DNA of 64,000 bases from Styela clava (GCF_964204865.1 NC_135258.1:7564001-7628000); one strand, 5' to 3'. Counted from the first letter of the stretch, positions 48,368 to 62,344 are shown. Made by a program: numbers and translations. Notes: a model not told the origin generated them from the sequence alone.

Positions 48368-51300
48368 TAGCCAAAACAACATCTATAAATAGAGACACAA
48401 CATGAAACACACTGCATATGAATATAGTAATAAAAAAATTAAGAATTTGGATGAATGTACAACACCATTGAGTGATGATACCACATACTATAAAACGCGG
48501 GAATGGTCAAGTTTAAAGGGTGTGTACATATATGGTATGCACCACTCAAGGGCGATAGTGTTATAAGTGGTTTATGGCGGTTCTGGCCAAAATGTGACCC
48601 TACAGGTTTTGATGAAATATGATAAAGTTATGTATCAAATTACTCACTATTGTAAGTTTTTTTTTTGAAATTCTGGATTCAGCCAAAAACGATGAAGTTT
48701 CAAAAAATAAAATAAAATTAATAAAAAGCATTTCCACACAATCTATTATTGTTGCATTTCAGCCAGAAGATTAGAAAGGTATAAAGGTACAGTGGGATAG
48801 GGAATGATAAGTTATAAAGAGAAGTCATTTTACCATGTCATGGATTTTCCAATGTAAATTAAAATAATAAAATTATATGATATCCTGGGATGAGCAGAAG
48901 AAAAAGTGTGATTTGGTGATAGGTAGCAACAATGGAAATAAATTGAACAGCATGCTACTCAAACAAAAACCATTGTCCCTACTCCCTACTATTTGTGCAT
49001 TGAAGTTCTATCGTATTGTACTTTCTATAACCTAAATTGCTGTGCTTTTGTCTTTGTCTAATTACGCATGATAATGAAATTAGAATGGTGTGCTAGTTAT
49101 TAATTCAGTCCATTGTTCTATATTGAATCCGGGTGAAGTATCCTGTGGAGTTATTGAAATTGTCAGCTGGTCTATGGTGACTGAAGAGGAGGACAGTTTC
49201 CTGATAGTTCATTCAATCCAAATAATCAACAGCTCTCCCTTTAAGTGTTGAATTCACCTAAAAATCTCCAAACAGTAACATGTTCAAAGCAGAGAAAATT
49301 GCTAATATGATGATATTGTTTGGAACAAAATTCTGAGTTCGATTTTGAATTTTTGATGTCATCGGGTAGGGAATTCCAAGCTTTTGGTCCACATACTGCG
49401 ATTGATTCTTGTGAAATACTTTTACTGACAAATGGAATAAAAAAATTATCTTTATTTCTGCTGTTTGAATTTGGGTTTGCTTGGAACAGGCTGGACGGAA
49501 GCTCTCCAATGTGACAAGAGAACATCATAGCACATAGTTCGAATTTAGCTAAATCCACAACTCGTAGTAGCCTATGCTCTTTAAATAACTCATCAATTTT
49601 TTCGCGATTACCTCTATGAAAAACTCTTCTAATAAAGCGATTGCAAACACTTTGAATTTTTTTGAGAATTGGCGATGAACATAAGCTGAGGCACAATAAC
49701 GAATATGGCTTTCTATCAGAGAGTGGTATAGAGATATTAAACAAGATGTATAATGTTGTTGGCTATTTTGGTAATGGCACTAAGAGACGACGACCTTGTT
49801 TTCGATAGAACCATATTGGTGTGTTGTTTTCAAGACAATTTATTATCGACCATTACACACAGAAAGCGAGTCTGATTAACTCTTTCTATATTTATTTCAT
49901 TTAATTCCAAATTTTGCTGCAGTGTTGGACACTTTTGCTTCGGCGTGCTAAATACCATATATTTAGTTTTATCGACATTAAGAGTGAGTTTGTTCGCAGA
50001 CAACCAAGCTTGAATATTTTCTAAGTCGGTATTTGCTTTGGTCAAAAGTTCAGGCAAGTTTTTGCCTCGAAGATATGGCGTTGAGTCATCAGCAAAAAGT
50101 ATGATATCAGAGTGAAGAAGAGTATTCGGAAAGGCGTTAATAATGACTGAAAAACATAATGGAGCCAAAATAGAACCTTGTAAAGTGCCTACAGTCAAAT
50201 TACAGTATGTGCTAGATGCTACATAATTGTATATAACTACTTGTTTCCTTCCTGATAAGTAGCTTTTAAACCAATTATAACTCTGACCTCTAACGCCAAT
50301 ATGGTGCAATCTGACTAGTAATGTCATGTCATGGTCAATACCATCAAATGCCTTGGAAAGGGGTAAGAACATACTGAGAGTATACTCATTCTTATCAAAT
50401 CCTTTTAGAATTTTACTGACAAGCAGGGATGTTGAATGATTTTGACGAAAGCCAAATTGTTGTGAATAAAAGAAATTTTTTTGGTCTAGAAAATGGTTGA
50501 GTCGTTTGTACATAATATTTTCTAGAATTTTTGAAAATCGGTCGGTAGCTTTTTACATCTTTTGCATTTCCTTTTTTGAACAATGGCATAACTTTGGATG
50601 ATTTGAACTGGGTATGTATTTACCAGATTGTAATGAGCAGTTAAAGATATGTGCGAGAGTACAAATACAATTCCAGGGCATCATTCGTATAACTTTAAAG
50701 GGAATTCCATCTATTCCACAACTGGTTTTGGGTCGAAAAGATTTCAGAATATTTTGGACTTCGAAAGCTGTTGTCGGGGCAAGAAACATGGAGGTTTTAC
50801 TGGGATGCCCCATATATTGCTTAAAGTCATCCCTTCTAGTATGAGTAAACCGTTCGACCATTTTATTTCCAATTGTAGAAAAGTGCGAGTTAAAATGATC
50901 TGCTATTTTGACAGCATCCGAGGTTTCCTGGCTGTTAATAGAAAATACTTTTGTTAGATTTGGTTTAGAACGCCCAAGCAGATCGTTCATAGTACGCCAA
51001 GTTTTCTTAAGATCATTACGATGTCTACCTAGTAATGACTTGTAATAATTTTGTTTTTTAGCAGTTATCAATTTCTCATATTTTTTCTTGCATTCTGAAT
51101 ATTTAAATTTGGTCTGCTCTGATTTTTCAGTAAGATAGTTTTTGTATAGTTTATGCCTTTTTTTCTGCATTTTTAAGAGTTCCTTGTCAAACCATTTATT
51201 AATATTTTTAATATTTCTTTTCTTTAGAGGGAAGCAAGTGTTAAAAGATTCAGAAAAATACTCATTAAAAATTCTGAAGGCTATATCAGGATCTGTTTTG

Positions 51301-51729
51301 CTGAACACAGTAGAAAAGGCACTTTGTTCTAACATGAGTTTAAAATTATCTAAATTTGAGATATTATATTGCCTGAAGTATTCGTTTTTTTCCTAATGGA
51401 ATGCAAACCAGGACTGGCAGGTGGTCTGAAATAGGATCCACTATTATTGCACTGCGGGGTTTACAATCAAAGATGTTTGTCCAAATATGGTCAATGATTG
51501 TAGAGCTGCTTTGAGTGATTCGAGTTGGCTTTGACACCACAGGGTAAAATGAAGTAAAATTCATCAGCTCACAAAATCCATCTACAGTCTTGTTTGTTTC
51601 CCGAAGATTATAATTGAGGTCTCCCATGATAATACAATTTTTCGATAAGGTTTGGAGTGTCGATTCCAGGATACTAATAAATTGATTATTGCTTTGACTA
51701 TCTGATAAGGGAGATCTGTAAATTGTTCT

Positions 51730-53030
51730 GTATGTATGTATGTATGTTTATTCGTCTCGTAAAAGCAAAAACACAGGAGTTAGTAAATATCAACATTGAA
51801 GACGGGATGTATACACAAGACCATACTGGCCTAAAACACATGAACGTGCGGCATACACCCCTTATGATAAGCATAAAATGCAATAAATCGAATAAGTATA
51901 ATATGGTCCTTCATACAGACAGTTGTGCGAGGAGGGTGGATTAGGCAATGGGTAACGGTGGAGTATGCCCAACTGTTTGTACAAAGGAGTTGGTAGGACA
52001 AGACAACATCAATAAATAGAGACAATACAACATGAAATATAATACATAATATATATACATAAGAATAAAATTTGGACATATAGCACCCTCGAATAATGAT
52101 ACCACATACTATAAATGGGAGAAATAGTCAACTTTATAGGAGAATGTGCATATATGGTATGTACCACTCAAGGGTGAGTGTCTTAAGTAATAAATGGCTA
52201 ATCTAGCAAAAATGCGTTCCTTCCAGGCTTGGGGAAATGCAATGTAATAAGTTTTGTCAAGTTATACGCTTTTTTAAGGTACTTTGTATTTTATAGTTCT
52301 GAATACCGCTAAAAAAGATCAGGATTCAAAAAAAAGGATATTCAGGTTGCATTTCCATAAAACCTATCATGATCGCATTTCAGCCAGACAATTCAAAGGT
52401 ATAAAAGTATATTGAAATAGAGAACAATAAATTATAAAGAATATCATTTTGCCATGTCATGGAATTTCCAAATTGAATTAAAATAATAATAAAATATGGT
52501 ATCCTGTGATGAAGAAAGGGTTAGGATTGTTCGATTTAGTGCTGATAATAAAATAAAAACAATAATATAATTGAATAATATGATATCCTAGAATAAAGAA
52601 AGGATTGAGATTGTTTAATTTGGTGCTGGGCGAGAATAATGGAATGAAGTTAAATAAAGCAGCATGCTACTTTAACAGTGATCATTGTCCCTATTGTTTG
52701 CTACATTTAAATTTTGTTTCTTTGTCTGATTATTTAAGCATGGTGATGAAATTAGAATGGTGTGCTAGTTATTGAATCAGTCCATTGTTTCATGTTGAAT
52801 CCGGGTGAAGTATCCTGAGGAGTTATTGAAGTTGCCATCTGTTCTATGGCGACTGAAGATTTCGACCGGTTCCTGATAGTTGTCCAATCAAAATCATGTA
52901 AGGTTCTCCTTTTCAGTGTTGAATTCACCTTAAAAAATAATCTCAAAGACAGTAATATGTTCAAAGCAGAGAAATTTGCTAATATGACGATAATATATAT
53001 TGTTTAAGTTTGGAACGAAATTCTGAGTTC
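51730..53030 (-). mobile_element. 5'-truncated second copy of the same LINE family (3' UTR only), nested in the first copy's endonuclease region
   Basis: Colinear with 48033-49340; GTTCT duplicated at 51725-51729 and 53027-53031. Confidence 0.85.
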
Positions 53031-53191
53031 TACACGTCACAATTCTATCTTTCAAATAAATGTCTACAAAAGTGAATTCAAAAATACGCTCATTCATGAT
53101 TGAAATGTCAGGTAGTTACCTGATGTGCGCTACGAAACTCACTTTCTAGGCGTTTTCAGGGCCTCGGCTCACGGCCTATATCTTCTAGTGA

Positions 53192-53459
53192 AACAAGAGA
53201 GCTATGCTCAAATATATGGACACGTAGCGCCACCCAGTGGGAATAATTTTGATGACGTCATAGCGAAAAAAGAAGTAATAGCCTTCTGGAGAAAAATTTT
53301 ATCTTCAACCACTGAAAATTTCAAAGCAATTGGTCCAGTATTCGAAGAGAAAAGCAATTTCTTCAAAACGTGTCAAAGAACAAGGACACTAAGAACAACT
53401 ATAAGAACAACAACAACATAAGATTGAAACGATCGCTATGTCCACTACGTGTCCAATAA
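53192..53459 (+). mobile_element. HINE/Helentron-like short element, copy 3
   Basis: Reverse-complement homologue of 4786-5033. Confidence 0.6.
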
Positions 53460-55201
53460 CGCATACCAAGTAATTTCTTGTCTCAAATTATCCAGATTTT
53501 ATAATTTATGTGGGTTTATTCTGTTTCCTGATCCTGTAACTAGTTTTTTTTTTTGTCATATTGTCGGTATGTTTATAGACTAAGCTATATTAGAATGAGA
53601 ATATCGGTAGACGGTATATGTGCTTTAAATCACTACCGTAGCGGATGGAATGTGTAGTTGGTGGATACAGCATAATTCACAGTGATGGGTCTGTTTTAGA
53701 GCAGGTAACTCTGGATCAAATTTTCTCAAGTAACGTTCCAGCCTTAAAATTATGTTGGAATCCCCATGCAAACTTCTAGACAGCCCGAAACAACAATATC
53801 TGACGCAGTTATTCAAATCAGTTTTTATTTAGCTTCACCATTTATTACAAGTTTTCATCATATGTAATTCATTCATGCCAATAAACGTTTTGTCACGAAT
53901 CTTCATTAGTTGATCGATGGCAGCTGGTCTGTGTTGTGTGTGGACTGGAAAACATAAAGTATGCAAACTAAATAGATAGAACTGGCATAATAAAGATCGG
54001 GGTAATATCACCAGGCGGTTTAGTAACGTAACAGTGTTTTGTTGCATAATAATGTGAAATGAATAAAAAAAACTTAAGCATTAAAAAAAATTCTTTTTTT
54101 AGGGGTCGGTCGACATAGTTGACCTGCAGTCTTGCCCGCCCCCTCCCGATTATATTCTATCATTGTTCTTTTCCATTTATTGTAACTTTACATTTTTTGA
54201 TATATTCAGAAAATAAATCATTCTCTCTCTCTCTCTGGGCGACGAATGCAAGTTCTGGGATGAGTTCTCACTACTACGTCACCAAAGGCCATTTCCGAAC
54301 TGTGGTCGATTTTCTTGAAGCGGTTTTTAAAAATTCATAAGTAGAAAACTAAGTCCACTTTATGCAAGCGGTAAACGTCAAAAATCTCAAAAAATTACAA
54401 AGAATAAAATCTTCCACAAAAATGCTCGTGTGATAACCCACTTTTAAAGACCGAAAACCAATGAAGATTTTAAAACGAACGAAGATTTTGAAGAATTGAG
54501 GCCAGAATTATGTCAAAAAAATGGGCATCAATGGTGTTGTGTTGGTAGCTTAAACAAAACTTTTTTTAACATAATTATTAAATGGCGTCATCCGTAGATT
54601 CGTTAAACGTTAGCCGTGAATAAATATCAATACTCTTTAGCCGCTGCGGCGCTTTGCTAAGTGGGCCACGAAAATGAACAAAATTGTGTTAAACATAACT
54701 AATATATGATTGGATATTTTACACATTGTATTCACGAAATAACAAGTTTATTTTGACTCCATGATCAGCATAAAAGACGATAAAAAAATCAAAATAAATA
54801 AAACGGATTACAGAATCAGGAAAGCGAACAAAAACCTCAAGCAAGGTCCAAAACGTCCAGATTTTAGATTGAAATGTGTTACGTTTTCGCTTAACCCTAA
54901 TTAAAACACGCACACACACGCAAACAAAATAAAATTAGAAGAGAGAAACATAAGATGAGATATATTATAAAACATAAGATATATATATTATAAATATTTA
55001 TTGTAACAATTTTATTGTTTCTTAATTTAAATGCTGTGTATATGAATCAATAAATTCATTTAACCTTTCAACGTCGTTTACTTTCTGTTACACACTAAGG
55101 ATCACAAGATTGAGTTTTAGTTAAAGGGAGTTAGTTTTTTCCTTGATAATTTGGCGCCGCAGGAACAAAAAGTTTGGAAATCGCCGGAGTAAAGTAAAAC
55201 A

Positions 55202-55416
55202 TTACAAACATAGTTGCCACAATGTTTCAGCTGTTTCCAACTACAGTAAGTGTCCTGTACGGTGTGCCATCGTTGTCACTAGTAAATTTTACAAACATAG
55301 TTGCCACAATGTTTCAGCTGTTTCCAACTAAGTGTCCTGTACGGTGGGCCATCGTTGTCACCAGAAAAATTTACAAACATAGTTGCCACAATGTTTCAGC
55401 TGTTTCCAACTAAGTG
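55202..55416. repeat. Tandem repeat, ~2.5 copies of an 83-86-bp unit
   Basis: TTACAAACATAGTTGCCACAATGTTTCAGCTGTTTCCAACTA at 55202, 55288 and 55371. Confidence 0.9.
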
Positions 55417-58143
55417 GCCTGCCTTAAGTCATGGCACAAATCTTAAACAGTTTCTTCCTTTGACTGCCGAAATAGCAAAAGTACCACCAGGTACGGTATC
55501 GACTCTACGTCATCGTTTTGCAATATATGTCTTAAAGTTTTTTTTTATCAGGAAAAAATACTACAACTTGTGGCGAGCGGGAATAATCTTCGATTTAGGG
55601 TATTTCATGTCATAAATATAAATAATTTATAATAAATACAATACGTTAAATATTCAATCATAATTTAGTTATGTTTAATTCTCTCAATCTTCGCGGTGCA
55701 CTTGGCAACTCGCCGCACCCTTTGGGAACCGCTGCTGTATTCAGTTACAACTTGTTGATCATCGCGAGGGCACCAAAATTGAAGCCCTGCCGGATCTAGC
55801 TTGTTATTTTCAGATTATTATTCCGATATTCTATCGAGAGACACTAATTTCAGTATGAACTTTCCAACAAGGATTCTACTCTGACGCTCGGGTTCTAAAA
55901 CGTTGGGTCATGAAGATACGTTAGGACTGAAAGGTTAGTCACTGGTAGGGACTATTTGCTCCCAAACCCAAGTATTGTTGAACTTTTCAATGTCACTTTA
56001 TAGGATACTTTACTGGACAAATCAAGTCTTGGTTTAACGATTGCATTTAGAATCAATATGTGATGTTTTCCATCGCCGACAATATAGAAATTCGTTTGTT
56101 GAATAGACGTCTACTCCACACTCGACGCAGATTGATAATATGCATATCATATGGATTTATTTATGTGAATACTTATTCGCCTCGATAGCCATTGGGGATG
56201 CAAATTACGGGTATTTTTTTCGAATCGAATCAGCAATCCGATTCTATTTAGTATAATCACATTAACTTCACGTCACGTGAAAATCACGTTAATTTTCTTT
56301 AAATTTGGAAGAATTACAGGATATATTGTATATATTATATAACAATAGTGAACATGAAGAATGGGTAAAGTTAGTCGGTCAACTACCTCGTATATTAGAG
56401 AATATTTATTTTTTGTTGAGCAAAACTACTGGTTCCGCTAAAGCTGGGACCCATATGAAATATTATAGCATAAACAAACCAAATGTACCCCATTTCATGT
56501 TGAAATTATCAAAACAAAGTTAATTTTTCTCAAAATTCAAACAAAGACTTTCGTGGGAATCAAATTACACCACTTTTAGGACAATAACAAGTTTCTTCCG
56601 ACAATTATTAAATTGAAATTTATTTTATCACGATACCTAAACACTAATTATATGTAAGTTCCCATCCGTACGATGTTCATAATTACATATTTCATAATTA
56701 AAGATTTGTATTCTGTGTAAATGAAATCTGAGAATAAAATCAAACAGAGTTTTCTAAAGTTTCTTCATTAACGTGGGCATTGGAGCTGAAGGGTGAACGG
56801 GCGACTGGCAGTTCTGAGACGGTCTACGAAATAGCAATATACGGTGACATCACATTCATTTACCAATAAAATATGCTATAATATAACAACCCCCGGAGCG
56901 TTACTTGGGAAAATGTAAACGCATGGAAAATAAACGCTTTTGGTCGATGACGAAACAATGCCGCTTCGTCGTGGAATCGTCTAGTGTTATCTTTATTATT
57001 ATTATTTTCAAGCAGTTTTTTTCAAATTCTCAAACATACATCCCAAGTAGCCACATATACCGATTACCAGCCGACACTGTTACAACCCTGAATATGCCCT
57101 ATAATCAGCAGTCAGCACGTATTTGTATATATATATATATTACCGGTATTATTTTTAAACAACTCCAAAATCATAACTCAAACAGTCTTGTGGTCGGAAA
57201 AATTCGTGGTGCGAAACATGGTTGTATTTTTATCGCATGCCATATATACAGCAGTTTATTCGTTATTATTGAATAGCAGATACCGTGAATTCGCAAATAC
57301 AAAATGAATTTCATACATTGATATAAAAATATCTGAACAAGAAAATATCCATACAGATCATCATCACCTTTTGAAGAGAAACAATTTCAAAACAATCAAA
57401 ACCCATATAAAGTTGAAATACTGAATTGGAAGAATCAAAAAACAATGGTAAGTAAATATATACTATACAACGTAAGAAACATACATAACATAAAATTTTC
57501 ATTCAGTAGCAAACATAATGTCATATATTTTCATACCGTATTATGAAACTTTGAACAAGGCTCTAATTTACTTTTTGATTAACACAAAAAGATTCACAGT
57601 ACTATTTTTAGAATAATTTGAATCTTTCTGATTCTGCGTCACAACACTATAACCTAGGCGAGCCAGCATGTTGAATTCAATGATAAAACTGCCGCCTATT
57701 GAACACAGAAGCTTGATACAATTATTAACAAAATCAAAGAACTCATATCAGGCCCGATGCATCCAAAACGCTTCACATCCTGTTTAAAAATAAAATACAA
57801 ATTGCATAAAAGGAACATTTGAAGAAGAAAAATTTCAAGTACAAAATGAAAACAATATATTTATGAACATAGGAAAATAAGAATATTATAATAAAAAATA
57901 TAGGGTAATTGAATTTTATGGCAAGATGCAGAAGTCGAACAAATGTAACATGGTTTGAAAAAGATTAGCGATGGTAATAATAGGATGCAACATTTTTGAT
58001 GTGTGATCAGTGATAAAACACAAAACTTAATTTCAGGTCAGGTGTACAAGACATACATTACCAATCTAGTGCTAATCAAGTTAAAGAATTGTTGGAATAT
58101 AACATTTTTTAAATGCTAAGTAGGCATCAAAATATGGGTAATT

Positions 58144-61100
58144 TTATGGTTTCATTGGAAATGCATCTCCAAGTTTTTGCCTTCCTTCATGGCAACTATA
58201 TTGAGTAAGACCTATATATCCTTCAATGACACAGGGATTAAAACCAAATGGATTTTTAATAATGGAATAATACAACATCACAATTGAACGTATTTGTGTA
58301 GTCGAGCGGTGTTTGGTATTGTTGACTAATTTCCAAAAATAATGGGCAGCAGATTGGAAGTCATTGTCAATGTATTGTTGAACACCTTTGTTGTATAAAT
58401 TACTGATCATATTGTCACCAATCAAAGAGTATTCTTTCATAGTTTTTGTTACAAAATCACAAGAACGTTGTCCAAGGGAGATAAAGAGCTTGAGTCCAAC
58501 AAAAAATATAATCTGATGAAGATCTTTAGCTGAAAAGCAGCCCTTAATTAATCTTTTCCACACCGTAGCAACTGATGCTGAGAAATGACTTGCTTCATAA
58601 TGCGAGAAAATATTGTTCAAACTTGCTAAATAATCTGAATTTAACTGTTTTCCTTGATATACTATCCCAGTTAAAGCAGGATCCAGGAATACAGACTTTG
58701 AGAGCGCCATTTTAAGTACTTGAGCAAAAACATTTTTCATTGCACTAATCACAAATGGGTGAGACAACAAACTCTGTGAATTATCAATGGTAATTGACAT
58801 TGAATAAAGAACTATCATCAGATTTTCTTCTGCAAGGAAAATATCAGGAAAGTTTGCCGTAACCATAAGCAAATATGAACGAATATAACTATCATTTGTC
58901 AAAGAGGCAGGAGCATCAGAGTAAAGAGAACAAATATTTGGAATGTCTTGCAGATCGGTTCGAACTAAACATGCAAAGATATATCTTATGATTCCTATTT
59001 CATAGTATTGCTTGCTTATTTTATTCAATTTTCTATCTGTTTGAGGCAACTTGCAGAAACTTATGCCTTTCAAGAAAAGTTCCTTCTTCTTACTAATGTC
59101 TTGTTCTTCAATGCCTATTTCCACATAACACATTCCAACCAGTCCACTTGATAAAATATCTTCAATCACAGCTTCCAAGTTCACAATTTCTATTTGAGAC
59201 TCTTCAATAATATTTGCTATTTCCAAACTTTGATACGCATCTTCCACTAAATTATACAACATCTGATATTTGAATATATACGCCATAATTTCCAGGGTAA
59301 GTAATTTCCCAAACATACGACACTTACATTCAAAAAGGTCTTTTACAGAAGAAATTAACTTGGTAGCACCTTTAAGTTTGTTTCCCATTTTCATCTCAGC
59401 AAAAGCTATTCCAAGTTCAAAGCCATAGAGTGAGCATATGTCATTGTTTTTTTCCATGCCTTCCGTACAAAACTCTAACATTTCTACAGGATTCATGGAA
59501 ATTCTCATCGACATAACTTGAGTGAAACGAATTCGCATTAGGATTTGGGTCCCCGCATGACCAAGAAGTCTTCCAAATCGTTGATTATTTAATTCAATAG
59601 ATTCTCTGTGTTTATGTTGAAATACGTACAAAATGTTCAACATGTCCATTGCAAACAAAATCTTAGCTGGATGTTCCGAACTATCGTTAATAATTCCTTT
59701 CAAATAAATTTCTGTGTGCTCCATCCACTCTGTTGAAGGTCGTGTGTGGGTTTGTCGTGCTGCAAACATTGTGGCTTCAATCACCCTCATGTCAAATACT
59801 GCAGTTTTATCATCAGTAAACGGTTTTTCATTTAATAAATCTTTTTCTAATCTTGCCTCTTCCTCAAGTCTAGGAATGGCATCTTCATAAAGTTCTAATT
59901 GCATCTGGGCCAAAGTTTTTCCATCAGTAAATGTTTTTTGAGATTTTCCAAACATTGATGAAGAGAGTTCATCCCTAGGCATGACCTGTCTGATTTCTTC
60001 GAGAAGATTACTGACAAGAACAATCGTCTGTCTTAGGCAATGTATTGCACAATTTTTACTGACATATTCAAATATTTCTTCCTTATAAACCTTGAACCTA
60101 CGGCATCCTGATTTAGCATAAATTTTCAAGCGCAGTTCATGAGCAACTGCAAGAGCATACTTGATAGGATTACCAAGATAATCACAAAGATCAAAGCTAG
60201 ATGATGTTGTTAAATAATTATTATCTGTACCATCTGTATCTTCGAGAAAACGAGCCCAGTAACTAATTAGTGCAGTGATTGGTCTATAAAATAAATTTTT
60301 CACATCAGTTTTGCAAGCAAGATTTGTTACAGTCCTTCCTGTAACTGTAAAGTTCACGTTTTCCATTATTTGCTTTTCAATGTTTTTAAAAACATCATAC
60401 TTTGACTCTTTTTCTAGAATTGCCAATTTACATCTTTGAAACTCATCATATAACTCCTTATTTCCCCAAACAAAGCAAGTTCTTATGAGCATTTCTTTCA
60501 AATAGTAACCATTTTTTATATCTTCATCCGATGTTAAATAGGAAGCCATTTTACTGACAGGTTGAATCAGTTCAACTTTGTGCTTGCGATTTTTTGTTGG
60601 TTCTTGTCTACCCAAAGGTGTACTACATGCATGGGGAACCATTCCATCAAAAGATACACCGCTAGTAGTAAAATTGTCGTAATACCAATTTTTAGACTTA
60701 TCCTCAGAATAAAGATCATTTATACTTTTCACGCCAACACTTCTGATTATAGTCTCCCCCAAACCAATCATTATAATCTCAAATATCACAGCAAACCATC
60801 TGAAATATTCCTTCACTTCATGATAATTTGGAGAATCATCAATATCGTCTTTAAGAATAATTACATGTTCAAAATCAGAATACAAAGTTATTTCTTCACG
60901 AGCCAAAGATCCCAAACCAACAAGAGCAAACGAACATGGAGAATCTCCCAGAAGCTTCATACAATATTCAGCAATGTATGTCATCAACGTAATATAATTT
61001 TGTGTGTTTTTCTCCATCATGAGTTGGATCGTTTCAATTTTATTTAACTGTTTTTCCATAATTTCAAGTTTTGAAAGTTTTTCATCAAATGGTTCCATTT

Positions 61101-61527
61101 TCTGCAACTGATCTTTTTCATCCTTTCTCAGATTCTTGAGTGTTTTTGAAATATGAGAGGATAATTCAGAGAGAGTTTTATCACACTGTTTACCTCCACA
61201 AGCTTGCAACAACACTTTCTCCATCGATAAAAGGAATTTGTGAACTTTATTTCTTCCTTTTATATCATATAATATTCTTCCATATCGAACTTTAGCACCG
61301 TGTAATAAAGCAGAACATTTTATAAAATCAAGTTTTTGTTTCATTCCTGTTGATGACTTTGCTTTTTCAAGATATAACTTGCCCATTTCAAACAAAATAT
61401 CAGTTGATTCCTTTAGTTTTGATCGCCTTTCATCACCAAATGGTGTACATACTGCCTTCAACTGTTCAGTCAAATCTTTTTCTTTTTGAGATATTTCATC
61501 TTCTGTTTCCATATTCGAACCAATCAT
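58144..61527 (-). CDS. Nucleotidyltransferase + helical/TPR-like protein, paralogue C
   Basis: 1127-aa ORF colinear with A; same GSLAREEITLYSDFE motif; the ATG homologous to A/B is at 61512. Confidence 0.8.
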   Translation of the reverse strand: MIGSNMETEDEISQKEKDLTEQLKAVCTPFGDERRSKLKESTDILFEMGKLYLEKAKSSTGMKQKLDFIKCSALLHGAKVRYGRILYDIKGRNKVHKFLLSMEKVLLQACGGKQCDKTLSELSSHISKTLKNLRKDEKDQLQKMEPFDEKLSKLEIMEKQLNKIETIQLMMEKNTQNYITLMTYIAEYCMKLLGDSPCSFALVGLGSLAREEITLYSDFEHVIILKDDIDDSPNYHEVKEYFRWFAVIFEIIMIGLGETIIRSVGVKSINDLYSEDKSKNWYYDNFTTSGVSFDGMVPHACSTPLGRQEPTKNRKHKVELIQPVSKMASYLTSDEDIKNGYYLKEMLIRTCFVWGNKELYDEFQRCKLAILEKESKYDVFKNIEKQIMENVNFTVTGRTVTNLACKTDVKNLFYRPITALISYWARFLEDTDGTDNNYLTTSSSFDLCDYLGNPIKYALAVAHELRLKIYAKSGCRRFKVYKEEIFEYVSKNCAIHCLRQTIVLVSNLLEEIRQVMPRDELSSSMFGKSQKTFTDGKTLAQMQLELYEDAIPRLEEEARLEKDLLNEKPFTDDKTAVFDMRVIEATMFAARQTHTRPSTEWMEHTEIYLKGIINDSSEHPAKILFAMDMLNILYVFQHKHRESIELNNQRFGRLLGHAGTQILMRIRFTQVMSMRISMNPVEMLEFCTEGMEKNNDICSLYGFELGIAFAEMKMGNKLKGATKLISSVKDLFECKCRMFGKLLTLEIMAYIFKYQMLYNLVEDAYQSLEIANIIEESQIEIVNLEAVIEDILSSGLVGMCYVEIGIEEQDISKKKELFLKGISFCKLPQTDRKLNKISKQYYEIGIIRYIFACLVRTDLQDIPNICSLYSDAPASLTNDSYIRSYLLMVTANFPDIFLAEENLMIVLYSMSITIDNSQSLLSHPFVISAMKNVFAQVLKMALSKSVFLDPALTGIVYQGKQLNSDYLASLNNIFSHYEASHFSASVATVWKRLIKGCFSAKDLHQIIFFVGLKLFISLGQRSCDFVTKTMKEYSLIGDNMISNLYNKGVQQYIDNDFQSAAHYFWKLVNNTKHRSTTQIRSIVMLYYSIIKNPFGFNPCVIEGYIGLTQYSCHEGRQKLGDAFPMKP

Positions 61528-62344
61528 TATTTACTTACGTATACATTTCATATAAGAAATACTATTGGTGTACCTTATAAAAAATAAAACGCTAATTAGG
61601 TGAGAATTACTCCTTATAATCTATATATATACACTTTTATATCAAGGGATTGGCGAAATCAAAAAAAATGGAAATCAAAAAACAGTATTAAATATATATT
61701 ACACAATATATAAAACTTCTGCATATCAACATCAATTAAATAAAACTTCCCAGTTCCCATAGTTACTTAAAATAGATTAGGAATAGTCATAAGTAAAGTA
61801 CTGGCCTTTACTGTCGGGTTATTGGGCTGTGATGAAGATGGCAGGTTTGATTTTATCTATTGGAAAGTTTGTTAAAAACGCGCTACAACATAGTTAAATG
61901 CAAAGCAAGTTCCAAAATATTGGCAATTATACCCTCCAATAAAAAATGTTATGTCACTCATATTTACAGTGAAGAATATATGAAACAGCATACTGTATTT
62001 TTACCAGGATATCAGAGATATCTTCAATTAAAAGGCATAGCTAGAATGTTCATTAGGAAAAAGTGCACTTGAAAGAATATATCACAGTTATCTGACAAGT
62101 AAAAAAAAAAAACACCACAATAGTGATCCATGTCGATTAATAAAAGAAGGTACCTACATCTATTGACACTGAGAATTCAGAAAATCATTCAAACGATTAG
62201 TTAGAATATGTTTATCAAGAAAAAGTACCGGTATATGTAAATATCACAGTGGTACAAATTACCTAACAGAATAGGAAAATTCCAAGTCAATCAATAAATA
62301 TACCATGTATCTGCTACATGTAGTATTTCAAATAAAGAATATAA

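Larger units (their letters stand above)
48033..53110 (-). mobile_element. Degenerate CR1/L2-clade LINE (endonuclease-RT ORF2 fragments + ~1.25-kb 3' UTR), interrupted by a nested copy
   Basis: APE motifs IYRSP, MGDLN, PTRIT, IDHIW, SDHLPV; RT motifs QFGFR, SKAFD, QGSILAP, LFADD; C-terminal WNSLP; tail AATAAA(CATA)n. Confidence 0.9.
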
